A stretch of 32,000 nucleotides of DNA from Candidatus Altimarinota bacterium (GCA_041659405.1 JBAZYK010000005.1:61796-93795), one strand, 5' to 3'. Shown: positions 17,276 to 25,943, counted from the first letter of the stretch. A program made the numbers and translations. Notes: generated from the letters alone by a model not told the origin.

Positions 17276-17881
17276 TTACTGACTGATAGAGTCTTTTAAG
17301 CCGTTCTTACACCTAACTTGATCTTCTGGAAGTGATATCTTATCACACAAGCTTGAATCTTTGGTTTGGATAGCTTTGTTTTCTAAAATATTTAATTCGC
17401 AAGTACTTATTAATATTTTATCAGTCAGTTGTTTAGCACAAGCCGTGTAATCTCCAGAACCTATAATTTGATTTTCTTTTTCAATCTCTTTATTTCGTAA
17501 AAGCGCATTTTCTTTATCTTTTAGTCCTACTTCAACACTTATTTTGCAGGCGTTTTGTTGATCTTTGGAGAAGATTTTTGCGCAAATGCTTTCATCCAAT
17601 TTATTCAAGGCTTCATCCATGGCAATCACATCAGCAACGGCTGTTTGGCAGGCTTTTTGATAAGTCGCATCAATAACTTTATCACAAAATTTTGCATCTT
17701 TTAGTTGAACTGCACCGTTAAAAGCAGCTGTATCGGCAGCACTTGTTTGTGAGCCTTGCTGAGAAGATGATTGTACTGAAGTAATGGGCTGATTGGCTTG
17801 ATTTGACGCACTATTTTGGCATCCGGCTAAAATTAACAGACACAAAGATATGCCTGCAATAAAAGTTTTTTTAATATTCAT
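17276..17881 (-). CDS. Lipoprotein with a four-fold Cys-pair repeat, hypothetical
   Basis: Lipobox LLILAGC at residues 15-21. Four repeats of the form C-[DA]-K-x(9-12)-C: FCDKVIDATYQKAC, ICAKIFSKDQQNAC, ACAKQLTDKILISTC and LCDKISLPEDQVRC. Confidence 0.7.
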   Translation of the reverse strand: MNIKKTFIAGISLCLLILAGCQNSASNQANQPITSVQSSSQQGSQTSAADTAAFNGAVQLKDAKFCDKVIDATYQKACQTAVADVIAMDEALNKLDESICAKIFSKDQQNACKISVEVGLKDKENALLRNKEIEKENQIIGSGDYTACAKQLTDKILISTCELNILENKAIQTKDSSLCDKISLPEDQVRCKNGLKDSISQ

Positions 17882-17972
17882 AGGTGTTTTGTTTATTAAA
17901 TTTGTATTAATTTTTTTGTGATGGAGGGGGTGCCTATTTGTGGCGAAGGGCGCGCTTGTGATCTACAGGCTT

Positions 17973-18518
17973 TTATAATCCCAATTTTTTTCTGATTTCT
18001 TCGGCCTGGGCCTGATCGTTGCTCTGTTTTTCCTGGGCTTTTTGAGAAAGTTCAAGATCCATCCATTCGTCGTAATGCTGTTTTTCCAGTTTCTTCAGTT
18101 GTTCAACGTGCTTTGTTGAAAGTTCGGCGAATTTGCGTCGTTCCTCTTCAAAAATACGAATCAACTCATCAACTTGTGATTGTTTTAATTTTGGAATTGA
18201 CTCAATGATGCGCTTTTTTTCGTCTTTGGTAAGAGAAATCGATCCGGCCAAAAGATGAAGAAAATTTTGCTCATCAAACTTTAAAGTGTGATCAGGAACT
18301 TTGATGGCAATTATTTGTGGCAATTTAGAGCCAATTTGGAAATTAGCGGGAGTTGTGTCTTCTACCGGAGGTGGTGGCATCATTTGGCCGCCCATTCCCG
18401 GATTCATTCCCATTTGTTGAGAGGAAGCCTGGCCGAATTGTGGTTGAGCTGCCGGGTTTACTTGTTGCGAATTTTGTTGACCGTTACCGCTATTTTGAGG
18501 AATTGGTTGATCTGCCAT
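17973..18518 (-). CDS. Hypothetical protein with a Q/N/P/G/M-rich low-complexity N-terminus and a helical, charged C-terminus
   Basis: 181-aa ORF with an ATG start. N-terminal 60 aa: NSGNGQQNSQQVNPAAQPQFGQASSQQMGMNPGMGGQMMPPPP. C-terminal half is E/K/Q-rich and helical. Confidence 0.55.
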   Translation of the reverse strand: MADQPIPQNSGNGQQNSQQVNPAAQPQFGQASSQQMGMNPGMGGQMMPPPPVEDTTPANFQIGSKLPQIIAIKVPDHTLKFDEQNFLHLLAGSISLTKDEKKRIIESIPKLKQSQVDELIRIFEEERRKFAELSTKHVEQLKKLEKQHYDEWMDLELSQKAQEKQSNDQAQAEEIRKKLGL

Positions 18519-18581
18519 AATAAAACTTTAAAAACTGATTATGATTTTAATGGAAAGGGGGCTTTAAGACAAGCTAACTTC

Positions 18582-18658
18582 TGGTGGAGATGAGAGGATT
18601 CGAACCTCTGGCCTCAACAATGTCAATGTTGCGCTCTAACCAACTGAGCTACACCTCC
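18582..18658 (-). tRNA. tRNA-Val (anticodon GAC), with the CCA end encoded
   Basis: The reverse complement folds as a cloverleaf: acceptor GGAGGTG/CATCTCC; D arm GCTC-AGTTGGTTA-GAGC; anticodon arm CAACA-TTGACAT-TGTTG (anticodon GAC); variable loop AGGCC; T arm AGAGG-TTCGAAT-CCTCT; discriminator A plus CCA. 77 nt. Confidence 0.95.
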
Positions 18659-18754
18659 ATGGACCATTTAGTAAAGATTTTAGACTTTTTTTAGAAATCG
18701 TTAATCTGTCTAGGGCAAAGTTATTGTACCAGAATGTTTTTATGAGTAAAGATC

Positions 18755-19594
18755 ATGCTTATGATTGATTGGCCAAAACTTGCCAAAAAAATTTGGAACA
18801 CGTTATTGGACTACATTTTTCCAAAATTTTGCCTTGGCTGTAACAAAGAAGGTTCATATTTCTGCACTGAATGTTTTAAAGGCGTAACGCTGCTAAAAGA
18901 ACAGGTATGTCCCATTTGTTACCGTAAAAATGGACTAAATGGCCGTGTCTGTAAATCATGCGAAAATGCTGATTTTTTTCTGGACGGCCTATGGTGCGCG
19001 AGTTCTTTTGAAAAAAATTCGTTACTCCGGCACTGCATCCATAGTTTTAAATATGAATTTATTGAAGAATTGGCTTTGCCTTTAGCCAAAATTTTGAGTC
19101 AAAGTTTTAATGAAACGAATGCTGAAAAACCGGATTTTGGAAACTGTCTGGAAAGTTTTTTTGAGCCAGCAGGTTTGATTTGTCCGGCGCCTTTGCATCC
19201 AAAAAGACAGCGATTTAGAGGCTTCAATCAAACAGAATTATTGGCTGATGAGTTTATAAAATTAAATCGGGGTGTCTTGCAAAAACAACAATTTTTGGAG
19301 CGCATTTATTATCACAAACCGCAAATGGAATTAAAACGGGAAGATCGAATTAAAAATGTGGAAAATGCTTTTCGGCTGAGCCCACAGATGAGTTTGCAGT
19401 GGGGCGCTGGAATGAGTTTTAAATGCAGCACTACAGGTGACACGTCTGAATTTTTGCCGGCCGAAATCCCCCAAAATGTGATTCTGCTTGATGATGTGGC
19501 TACAACTTTATCGACTTTGAATGCCTGCGCCAAAGCGCTTAAGAAGGCCGGTGTAAAGCAAGTTTGGGGGCTTGTTTTGGCACGAGTTTTTTAG
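18755..19594 (+). CDS. comF: ComF family protein (phosphoribosyltransferase-like, ComFC type)
   Basis: N-terminal double zinc-finger Cys pairs (CLGC...CTEC...CPIC...CKSC) and a C-terminal PRTase-like motif VILLDDVATTLSTL. There is an extra segment of about 30 aa (SPQMSLQWGAGMSFKCSTTGDTSEFLPAEIPQ) just before the PRT motif. Confidence 0.75.
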   Translation: MLMIDWPKLAKKIWNTLLDYIFPKFCLGCNKEGSYFCTECFKGVTLLKEQVCPICYRKNGLNGRVCKSCENADFFLDGLWCASSFEKNSLLRHCIHSFKYEFIEELALPLAKILSQSFNETNAEKPDFGNCLESFFEPAGLICPAPLHPKRQRFRGFNQTELLADEFIKLNRGVLQKQQFLERIYYHKPQMELKREDRIKNVENAFRLSPQMSLQWGAGMSFKCSTTGDTSEFLPAEIPQNVILLDDVATTLSTLNACAKALKKAGVKQVWGLVLARVF

Positions 19595-19651
19595 GATTTT
19601 CCCAATTTTTCGGTGGGGAGTATAATACAATCGATTTCTAATGTGCAGTTT

Positions 19652-20764
19652 ATGATTCTTGGGATTGACGCATCGCGTTTTAGTCATCCGGAAGCCACGG
19701 GCGTGGAATGGTACAGCTATCATTTGTTGAATGCTTTGTTCCCTTTGCTGGGCCGCGATCACAATGTGGAGGTTCGTCTGTATGCGCCGAAAGATTTTAA
19801 ACCGCTGGAAGACCTGCCTTTTAACGTGCACAAGCGCATTATCCCCTTTCCACGATTTTGGACCGTGATTCGTCTTTCACTGGAAATGATTTTAAGACCG
19901 GTGGATATTTTGTTTGTACCTTCGCACACTTTGCCTTTAATTGGAGCCAAAAAATCGATCATCATGATTCATGATGTGGCTTTCAAACATTTAAAAAATT
20001 CTTATCATTGGTTTCAACATTGGCTGCTGGATCACACCACAAAAAAGGCTGTGAAAAAGGCTTATCGCATCCTGGTGCCGAGTGAAGCCACCAAAAAAGA
20101 TCTGATTGAGTTTTATAAATGTAAGCCGGAAAAAATTGTGGTTATTCCGCATGGTGCTCCCGAAATTTCACCTTTGCAAATTTGGAAAACGACCGAAAAA
20201 CAGGAATATTTTAAACAGTTTCATTTGGAGGATAACGATCTTTACGTTTTGTATGTGGGCAGACTTGAAAGTAAAAAAAACCTGGAGCGTTTGATTGAAG
20301 CTTTTAATCGATTCTTAAGGGAATTCCCGGATTGGAAACTGGTTTTGGCCGGCAAAAGAGGTGTTGGTTTTGAGCAAATCTGGAAAGTTGTTCAACAATT
20401 TCAACTCGAAAAAAATGTGGTTATGCCGGGGTATATCACAGAAAAAGAGAAGGCGTTTTTGTTTGACCACTGCCGAATTTTTGCTTTCCCTTCTTTATAT
20501 GAAGGATTTGGTTTGCCGGTTTTGGAAGCTTTTGCGCATCGTCGACCGGTGCTGACGTCTAAAACATCGTCGCTGCCGGAAGTGGCCGGTGACGCGGCTT
20601 ATCTTGTTAATCCGGAAAAGGTTGAAGAAATCAGTGTTGGCTTAAAACGGCTTGTTGCCGATGGAATTCTGGCGAGTCGCCTGATTCAAAAAGGTGACGT
20701 GCAACTGAAAAAATTCGACTGGGAAAAGTCCGCAAAAAAAACTGCGGAGGTTTTGCTTGGATAA
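19652..20764 (+). CDS. Glycosyltransferase, GT-B fold (family 4 / GT1-type)
   Basis: Characteristic C-terminal motif FPSLYEGFGLPVLEAFAHRRPVLTS..SSLPEVAGDAA. N-terminus MILGIDASRF, typical of GT4 enzymes. The start is set at ATG 19652; the ORF-track start 19613 is a GTG. Confidence 0.8.
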   Translation: MILGIDASRFSHPEATGVEWYSYHLLNALFPLLGRDHNVEVRLYAPKDFKPLEDLPFNVHKRIIPFPRFWTVIRLSLEMILRPVDILFVPSHTLPLIGAKKSIIMIHDVAFKHLKNSYHWFQHWLLDHTTKKAVKKAYRILVPSEATKKDLIEFYKCKPEKIVVIPHGAPEISPLQIWKTTEKQEYFKQFHLEDNDLYVLYVGRLESKKNLERLIEAFNRFLREFPDWKLVLAGKRGVGFEQIWKVVQQFQLEKNVVMPGYITEKEKAFLFDHCRIFAFPSLYEGFGLPVLEAFAHRRPVLTSKTSSLPEVAGDAAYLVNPEKVEEISVGLKRLVADGILASRLIQKGDVQLKKFDWEKSAKKTAEVLLG

Positions 20765-20828
20765 ATTTGGGAAAGATGATTCTGGAAGCTGGACTTGGGA
20801 ATTAGGATTTCGGAAATATGTGCCCTCA

Positions 20829-21530
20829 TTAATAATGAAAGCGGTAGATTTTGCCGTTTGTTACAGCCGGCTCAGTTACCTTTAATCCGATGTGGTCGCC
20901 TTTTTGGGCGAAGGGAACCGGTTCGCGGTCGATTTGAATTTCTTCCACTTTTTGAAATGACAAAAAGTTTTCGCCGGTAATTGCAATCGTGTCGCCTTGT
21001 TTAAGCGTTCCGGAAAGCATAATGATGGCAACATTTATTTTGGAAATATATTGCGTAACTGTGCCAACGCAAACCATTTTTGGAGGGAGATTTGTTGGCT
21101 GATGCTCGGGAAAATTTGCATTTTGAGAGTATGAAAAATTTTCCTGTTTTGCAGGCTGGATTGGCTCAATCATTGGCGCATGGACTTGCCCGTAGGACGG
21201 TGCGATATAAGGTTCTAAAAAATCCGGACGATCAAAGATGGAGCTGACCGGTTTTTGATAACTGCTGCCATAAGAATTCTGCTCAAGTGAGTTTTGATTG
21301 AGTGAATTTGAAGTCCGGACTTTGCGCGCTCTTCTAGTTCTAGCTAAGCCAGTTCTGTTAACTGTTTTAGTTTTGATTGGAGCAAGCGCCCTTTTTGAAT
21401 TATGTTTTAGGCCGGCCTCTTTGCGATCGAGAGCGGTTAAAATAAGCCTTTGTTTAACTTGCGAAACAATCGCCTTATTGCGCATGAATGCGGGAATTTT
21501 TAATCGGTCTGGATCGTTTTTATTTTGCAT
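20829..21530 (-). CDS. Hypothetical protein: N-terminal FtsZ-C-terminal-peptide-like motif, disordered linker, C-terminal EF-Tu-domain-2-like beta-barrel
   Basis: The N-terminus DPDRLKIPAFMRNK resembles the conserved FtsZ tail (D-IPAFLRK / DIPTFLRNR). The C-terminal 80 aa (VGTVTQYISKINVAIIMLSGTLKQGDTIAITGENF...QKVEEIQIDREPVPFAQKGDHIGLKV) match the small translation-factor-domain-II-like barrel family pattern. Confidence 0.6.
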   Translation of the reverse strand: MQNKNDPDRLKIPAFMRNKAIVSQVKQRLILTALDRKEAGLKHNSKRALAPIKTKTVNRTGLARTRRARKVRTSNSLNQNSLEQNSYGSSYQKPVSSIFDRPDFLEPYIAPSYGQVHAPMIEPIQPAKQENFSYSQNANFPEHQPTNLPPKMVCVGTVTQYISKINVAIIMLSGTLKQGDTIAITGENFLSFQKVEEIQIDREPVPFAQKGDHIGLKVTEPAVTNGKIYRFHY

Positions 21531-21674
21531 AAAAAATTAACGAGGGATTTTTCAGCGAATTGTTCTGGTTTGATTATAGGCGCACTTGTTTTTATGATCA
21601 AGATCCTAAAAATGCACCATTTGTTCTGCGCGCCGGAACGTTGTATCCTGTAATCAGCATTTTATTTTGAGTCC

Positions 21675-23534
21675 ATGGACAATCAAAAAATCGCACAAAT
21701 TTTTCAGGAGATTGGTGATATTCTTGATATTCAGGGCGAAAATCGATTCAGAGTTTTGGCTTACAATAAAGCTGCGCAGGAAATTGCCAACTGGCCAAGA
21801 GAAATGTCCGATGTTTTAAATGAAAATCCCAAAAAACTGGAAGAAATTCCGGGAATCGGCAAAGATCTGGCGCTAAAAATTGTGGAAATGTTAAAAACCG
21901 GAAAGTGCCAATATCATGAAGATTTATTGAAAAAATTTGATAAAGGTCTGCTGCAGATTTTGCGTTTGCGGGGTGTCGGTCCCAAAAAAGTTAAACTTTT
22001 TTATTCGTCTCTCCAAATTAATAATATTGAAAAATTGCGCGCGGCGGCAACGGCGGGAATGCTGCGCGATCTTCCGGGAATGGGCGAAAAAAGCGAACAG
22101 GAAATTTTAAAAAGTCTGGAAGAATACGACAAGCACACGGACAGAATGTTGCTTTCTGATGCGATGCACCAGGTTGAGAAAATTATTGCCTATTTAAAAA
22201 AATGTCCGCTGGTGAAGCGAGTTGAGTATGCGGGAAGTTTGCGCAGACGGAAGGAAACAATTGGCGATCTGGATATTTTGGTGGCGACAAAAAATCCCGC
22301 TAAAGATGCGGAAAAAATCATGGATTATTTTGTGAAATATCCGGAGATGGATAAAGTCATTGGCAAAGGCGAAACCAAGACTTCAATTATTTTAAAATCA
22401 GGGGTGCAATCCGATTTGCGTGTGCTGGATGAGAAAATTTTTGGAGCGGCGTTGCATTATTTTACAGGATCAAAAGATCACAATATTGTAATTCGCGATA
22501 AGGCAAAAAAAATGGGGCTTAAAATCAGTGAATATGGCGTTTTTAGGTTAGAAAAAGCGCGCGGAGGAAAAGAGCCGCGTGAAATTTTGATTGGCGGAAA
22601 AACGGAAGAAGAAATTTTTAAAGCTGTTGGTCTTCCGTATATAGAGCCGGAAATGCGTGAAAATCGTGGAGAATTCCAGGCTGCGGAAAAAGGGAAACTC
22701 CCAAAATTAATTCGCTATGAAGATTTGCGCGGAGATCTGCACGTACACAGCAAATGGAGTGATGGGGCGTGTTCAATCGAGGAAATTGCGCGGGCTTATC
22801 GTGATGCCGGTTTTGAGTATATCGCGCTGACTGATCATTCCCCTGCCGTGACGGTTGCGCATGGACTGAGCGCGGATAGATTTGAATTGCAGTGGGATGA
22901 AATTGATGCGATCAATAAAGATTTGGCTAAGGAGGCCGCGGAGTGGGCAAACAATGGAGGTAAAAAGAATACGCTACAGCAAAATAACGATGGTAAAGCG
23001 TCGTCGGACAAGCCGCCGCTGCCGTTCACTATTTTAAAAGGCGTGGAATGTGACATTAAACCGGATGGAACGATGGATCTGCCGAACAGCGTTTTGAAGC
23101 ATTTTGATGTGGTGGTGGCCTCGATTCATTCGCGTTTTAATATGAGTCTAAAAGAGCAGACCGAACGCGTTTTAAAGGCTTTTAAAAATCCTTATGTCAC
23201 GATTTTTGGACATCCGAGTGGAAGATTAATAAATCAGCGCGAACCTTATGAAATCGATATGGAAGCGGTAATTAACGCGGCCGTGGAACACGATATTTGT
23301 CTGGAAATTGACGGCCAGCCCGATCGCCTGGATCTGTTTGATTTTTACTGCAAAATGGCCAAAGAAAAAGGCGCAAAATTCACCGTGGATTCCGATTCGC
23401 ACCATACCAATCAAATGACTTACTTAAATTTTGCCCTTGCTGTTGCCAAACGCGGCTGGCTGGAAAAAAGCGATGTGATGAACACAATGGGCCTGAAAGA
23501 TTTGAAAAAGTTTTTAATAAAGCGTAAGGGGTGA
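21675..23534 (+). CDS. polX: Family X DNA polymerase with a C-terminal PHP phosphoesterase domain (PolX)
   Basis: N-terminal 8-kDa/HhH region IAQIFQEIGDILDIQGENRFRVLAYNKAAQ. HhH motifs (IPGIGKDLA, LRGVGPKK). Nucleotidyltransferase motif GSLRRRKETIGDLDILV. PHP motifs DLHVHSKWSDG, ALTDHS and SDSH. Confidence 0.9.
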   Translation: MDNQKIAQIFQEIGDILDIQGENRFRVLAYNKAAQEIANWPREMSDVLNENPKKLEEIPGIGKDLALKIVEMLKTGKCQYHEDLLKKFDKGLLQILRLRGVGPKKVKLFYSSLQINNIEKLRAAATAGMLRDLPGMGEKSEQEILKSLEEYDKHTDRMLLSDAMHQVEKIIAYLKKCPLVKRVEYAGSLRRRKETIGDLDILVATKNPAKDAEKIMDYFVKYPEMDKVIGKGETKTSIILKSGVQSDLRVLDEKIFGAALHYFTGSKDHNIVIRDKAKKMGLKISEYGVFRLEKARGGKEPREILIGGKTEEEIFKAVGLPYIEPEMRENRGEFQAAEKGKLPKLIRYEDLRGDLHVHSKWSDGACSIEEIARAYRDAGFEYIALTDHSPAVTVAHGLSADRFELQWDEIDAINKDLAKEAAEWANNGGKKNTLQQNNDGKASSDKPPLPFTILKGVECDIKPDGTMDLPNSVLKHFDVVVASIHSRFNMSLKEQTERVLKAFKNPYVTIFGHPSGRLINQREPYEIDMEAVINAAVEHDICLEIDGQPDRLDLFDFYCKMAKEKGAKFTVDSDSHHTNQMTYLNFALAVAKRGWLEKSDVMNTMGLKDLKKFLIKRKG

Positions 23535-23571
23535 GTGACACTCACCTATGAAAACCCCTGAAACATTCAAC

Positions 23572-23601
23572 TTGCATTATTAACTGTATGCGCGTTAGAA
23601 T
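23572..23601 (+). promoter_or_regulatory. Candidate promoter of the type I R-M operon
   Basis: TTGCAT (23572-23577), an 18-nt spacer, then TAGAAT (23596-23601), 27 nt upstream of ATG 23628. Confidence 0.35.
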
Positions 23602-23627
23602 GAGACAGTTTTTTAATTTTGAAAAAA

Positions 23628-25316
23628 ATGCGCCAAGAGATTCAAGAAAAACTCAAAAACATGCCTAATTTGCTTTCTATAGGCCAAGTTTCGGAGATTT
23701 TTGCAATCCATCCGGACACGCTTAGGAATTGGGAGAAAGAAGGCATTCTCGTGCCGTTGCGTTTCGGGCCACGCAAAGATCGCAAATACCGACCACAAGA
23801 TATTGAAGCAATTGTGGATAAGGTCGGCAGCCAACTGACTCTTCCTCAACTCGAAAGATTTTTGTGGAAAAGTGCGGATATTCTTCGCGGAAAGATCGAC
23901 AGTTCAGATTATAAAAAATATATTTTTGGGTTACTTTTTTACAAACGCATCAGTGATGTTTGGGATGAGGAACATGAAAAAGTAATGAGCGAGTTCAATG
24001 ATGAAAATCTTGCTAAAGCCGATTACAATCACCGTTTTCAGGTTACGGAAGACTGTAAATGGTCGGTCATAACGCAGCAGGCTGAAAATATTGGACCAAA
24101 ACTTAATGAAATTTTTGATAAGCTTACAAATGCCAACAGCCCAAAGCTTGATAAGATTTTTGATGATCTGGATTTTGCCAATAAGGACAAATTCCCGAAT
24201 GAAACACTTCAAAAGCTGATCAACCATTTTTCGCAGTATAGCTTTGCCAGCAATTATATCAGTTCGGATTTGCTTGGTGATGCTTATGAATATTTGATCA
24301 AACAATTTGCGGCCGATGCCGGCAAAAAAGGTGGTGAATTTTACACCCCGCGTGAAGTTGAACGCGTTATTATCGAGATCCTCAAGCCAAAAGAAAAAGA
24401 TCATATTTATGACCCAACAGTTGGCTCCGGCGGTTTTTTGTTGGAGTCTTATCATTATCTTAAAGCAAAGGCTGGCGAAAAAATTGCTAATACACTTTAT
24501 CTTTATGGGCAGGAAGCCAATCTTGGAACCTTTGCTATTTCCAAAATCAACATGTTCTTACACGGCCTTGATAGTGCCGATATTCGTCGAGGTGATACTT
24601 TAGCCAATCCTCAATTTTTAGATGACCTTGGGGCTTTGCAAAAGTTTGATATCGTAGTGGCAAACCCGCCGTATTCAATTAAAGAATGGGCAACGGATTT
24701 TTTTAGAACTAATAAGTTTGGTCGGCTTCAGGGCTACGATATGCCACCTGAAAAGAATGCCGATTATGCATTTATTCTGCATATTTTGAAATCACTTAAA
24801 TCAAATGGTCGTGCGGGCGTTGTGCTTCCTCATGGTGTACTTTTTCGTGGTGGCAGTGAAGGAAGAATCCGCGAACAGATCATCAAAAACGATTTACTGG
24901 AATGTGTTATTTCCATGCCTGCAAAACTTTTTTATGGTGTTGGAATTCCGGTTGCAATTTTAATTTTTAATCCCAGTAAACCGGACCACAAAAAGAATAA
25001 GATTATGTTTATCGAAGCCGAAAAAGATTATCTGGAAGGCAAAAATCAGAATTCACTGCGCAAACAGGATATTGATAAAATCGTTGGTACTTATGATTCC
25101 TGGAAAGACGTTGAAAAAATCGCCCGAATTGTGGATCTGAAAGAAATTGAAGGAAATGAATTCAACCTCAACGTTCGCCGTTACATTGATACGAGCGTGG
25201 AAGAAGAAAAGATCGATGTGGCTGCCGTTTGGCAGGAATTGCAAACCCTTGAACAAGACCGCGAAAAAATTGACCAGCAGGTGGCGAGTTATCTTAAAGA
25301 ACTTAAATATTTTTAA
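23628..25316 (+). CDS. hsdM: Type I restriction-modification system methyltransferase subunit (HsdM) with an N-terminal MerR-type HTH extension
   Basis: HsdM_N pattern LPQLERFLWKSADILRGKIDSSDYKKYIFGLLFYKRISD. AdoMet motif I DPTVGSGGFLL. Catalytic motif IV VVANPPYS (N6-adenine MTase). The first 65 aa or so (LLSIGQVSEIFAIHPDTLRNWEKEGILVPLRFGPRKDRKYRPQDIEAI) match the MerR-family HTH pattern. ATG at 23628; the ORF-track start 23619 is a TTG. Confidence 0.9.
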   Translation: MRQEIQEKLKNMPNLLSIGQVSEIFAIHPDTLRNWEKEGILVPLRFGPRKDRKYRPQDIEAIVDKVGSQLTLPQLERFLWKSADILRGKIDSSDYKKYIFGLLFYKRISDVWDEEHEKVMSEFNDENLAKADYNHRFQVTEDCKWSVITQQAENIGPKLNEIFDKLTNANSPKLDKIFDDLDFANKDKFPNETLQKLINHFSQYSFASNYISSDLLGDAYEYLIKQFAADAGKKGGEFYTPREVERVIIEILKPKEKDHIYDPTVGSGGFLLESYHYLKAKAGEKIANTLYLYGQEANLGTFAISKINMFLHGLDSADIRRGDTLANPQFLDDLGALQKFDIVVANPPYSIKEWATDFFRTNKFGRLQGYDMPPEKNADYAFILHILKSLKSNGRAGVVLPHGVLFRGGSEGRIREQIIKNDLLECVISMPAKLFYGVGIPVAILIFNPSKPDHKKNKIMFIEAEKDYLEGKNQNSLRKQDIDKIVGTYDSWKDVEKIARIVDLKEIEGNEFNLNVRRYIDTSVEEEKIDVAAVWQELQTLEQDREKIDQQVASYLKELKYF

Positions 25317-25943
25317 ATGGCTTATATATTTTTAGATGAAAGTGGAGATCTTGGATTTGGGAAAAAATCATCAAAGTTTTTTGTTATAACATTTCTTTTT
25401 GTTGAAAATAAAAGAGTTATCGAGAAGGTTGTTTCAAAAACTCATGCAGAACTTAAAAAAATACATCGAACAAAAAGTGGGATACTGCATTGCTTCCACG
25501 AAAAACCGATTACTCGTCAAAGACTTTTAGCAAGAATAGCTCAAAAGAACTGTATGATTATGACTATTTACCTTGAAAAAGAGAAAGTTTATACAAAATT
25601 ACCTGATGAAAAAATTGTTCTTTATAATTATGTAGCAAACATCCTCCTTGATCGTATTTTTAGCAAAAAGCTTCATGGTGATCATAAAGTCATTTTGATA
25701 GCTTCCAGAAAAGAAACTAACAAATTTTTAAATGAAAATTTCAAAAATTATCTTTCAAGTCAGATAAAAAATAATCATCAGATTGATCTGCAAATAGAAA
25801 TCAAGACGCCACATGATGAAAAAGCACTGCAAGCTGTCGATTTTATCAGCTGGTCAATTTATAGAAAATACGAATATAAAGATCACAATTATTACGATCT
25901 TTTTAAAGAAAAAATCGTGGAAGAAAACCCACTGTATAAATAA
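25317..25943 (+). CDS. DUF3800-family protein (uncharacterised)
   Basis: The N-terminal YIFLDESGDLGF and C-terminal LQAVDFISWSIYRKYE match the two conserved blocks I recall for DUF3800. Its ATG immediately follows the hsdM stop (TAA ATG, no spacer), implying co-transcription or translational coupling. Confidence 0.7.
   Translation: MAYIFLDESGDLGFGKKSSKFFVITFLFVENKRVIEKVVSKTHAELKKIHRTKSGILHCFHEKPITRQRLLARIAQKNCMIMTIYLEKEKVYTKLPDEKIVLYNYVANILLDRIFSKKLHGDHKVILIASRKETNKFLNENFKNYLSSQIKNNHQIDLQIEIKTPHDEKALQAVDFISWSIYRKYEYKDHNYYDLFKEKIVEENPLYK

Noticed and set aside
23530-23546. Small hairpin GGTGAG-TGACA-CTCACC overlapping the PolX stop codon, considered as a possible terminator
   Set aside because: The stem is only 6 bp and no U-rich tail follows. 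It is not reported as a feature.
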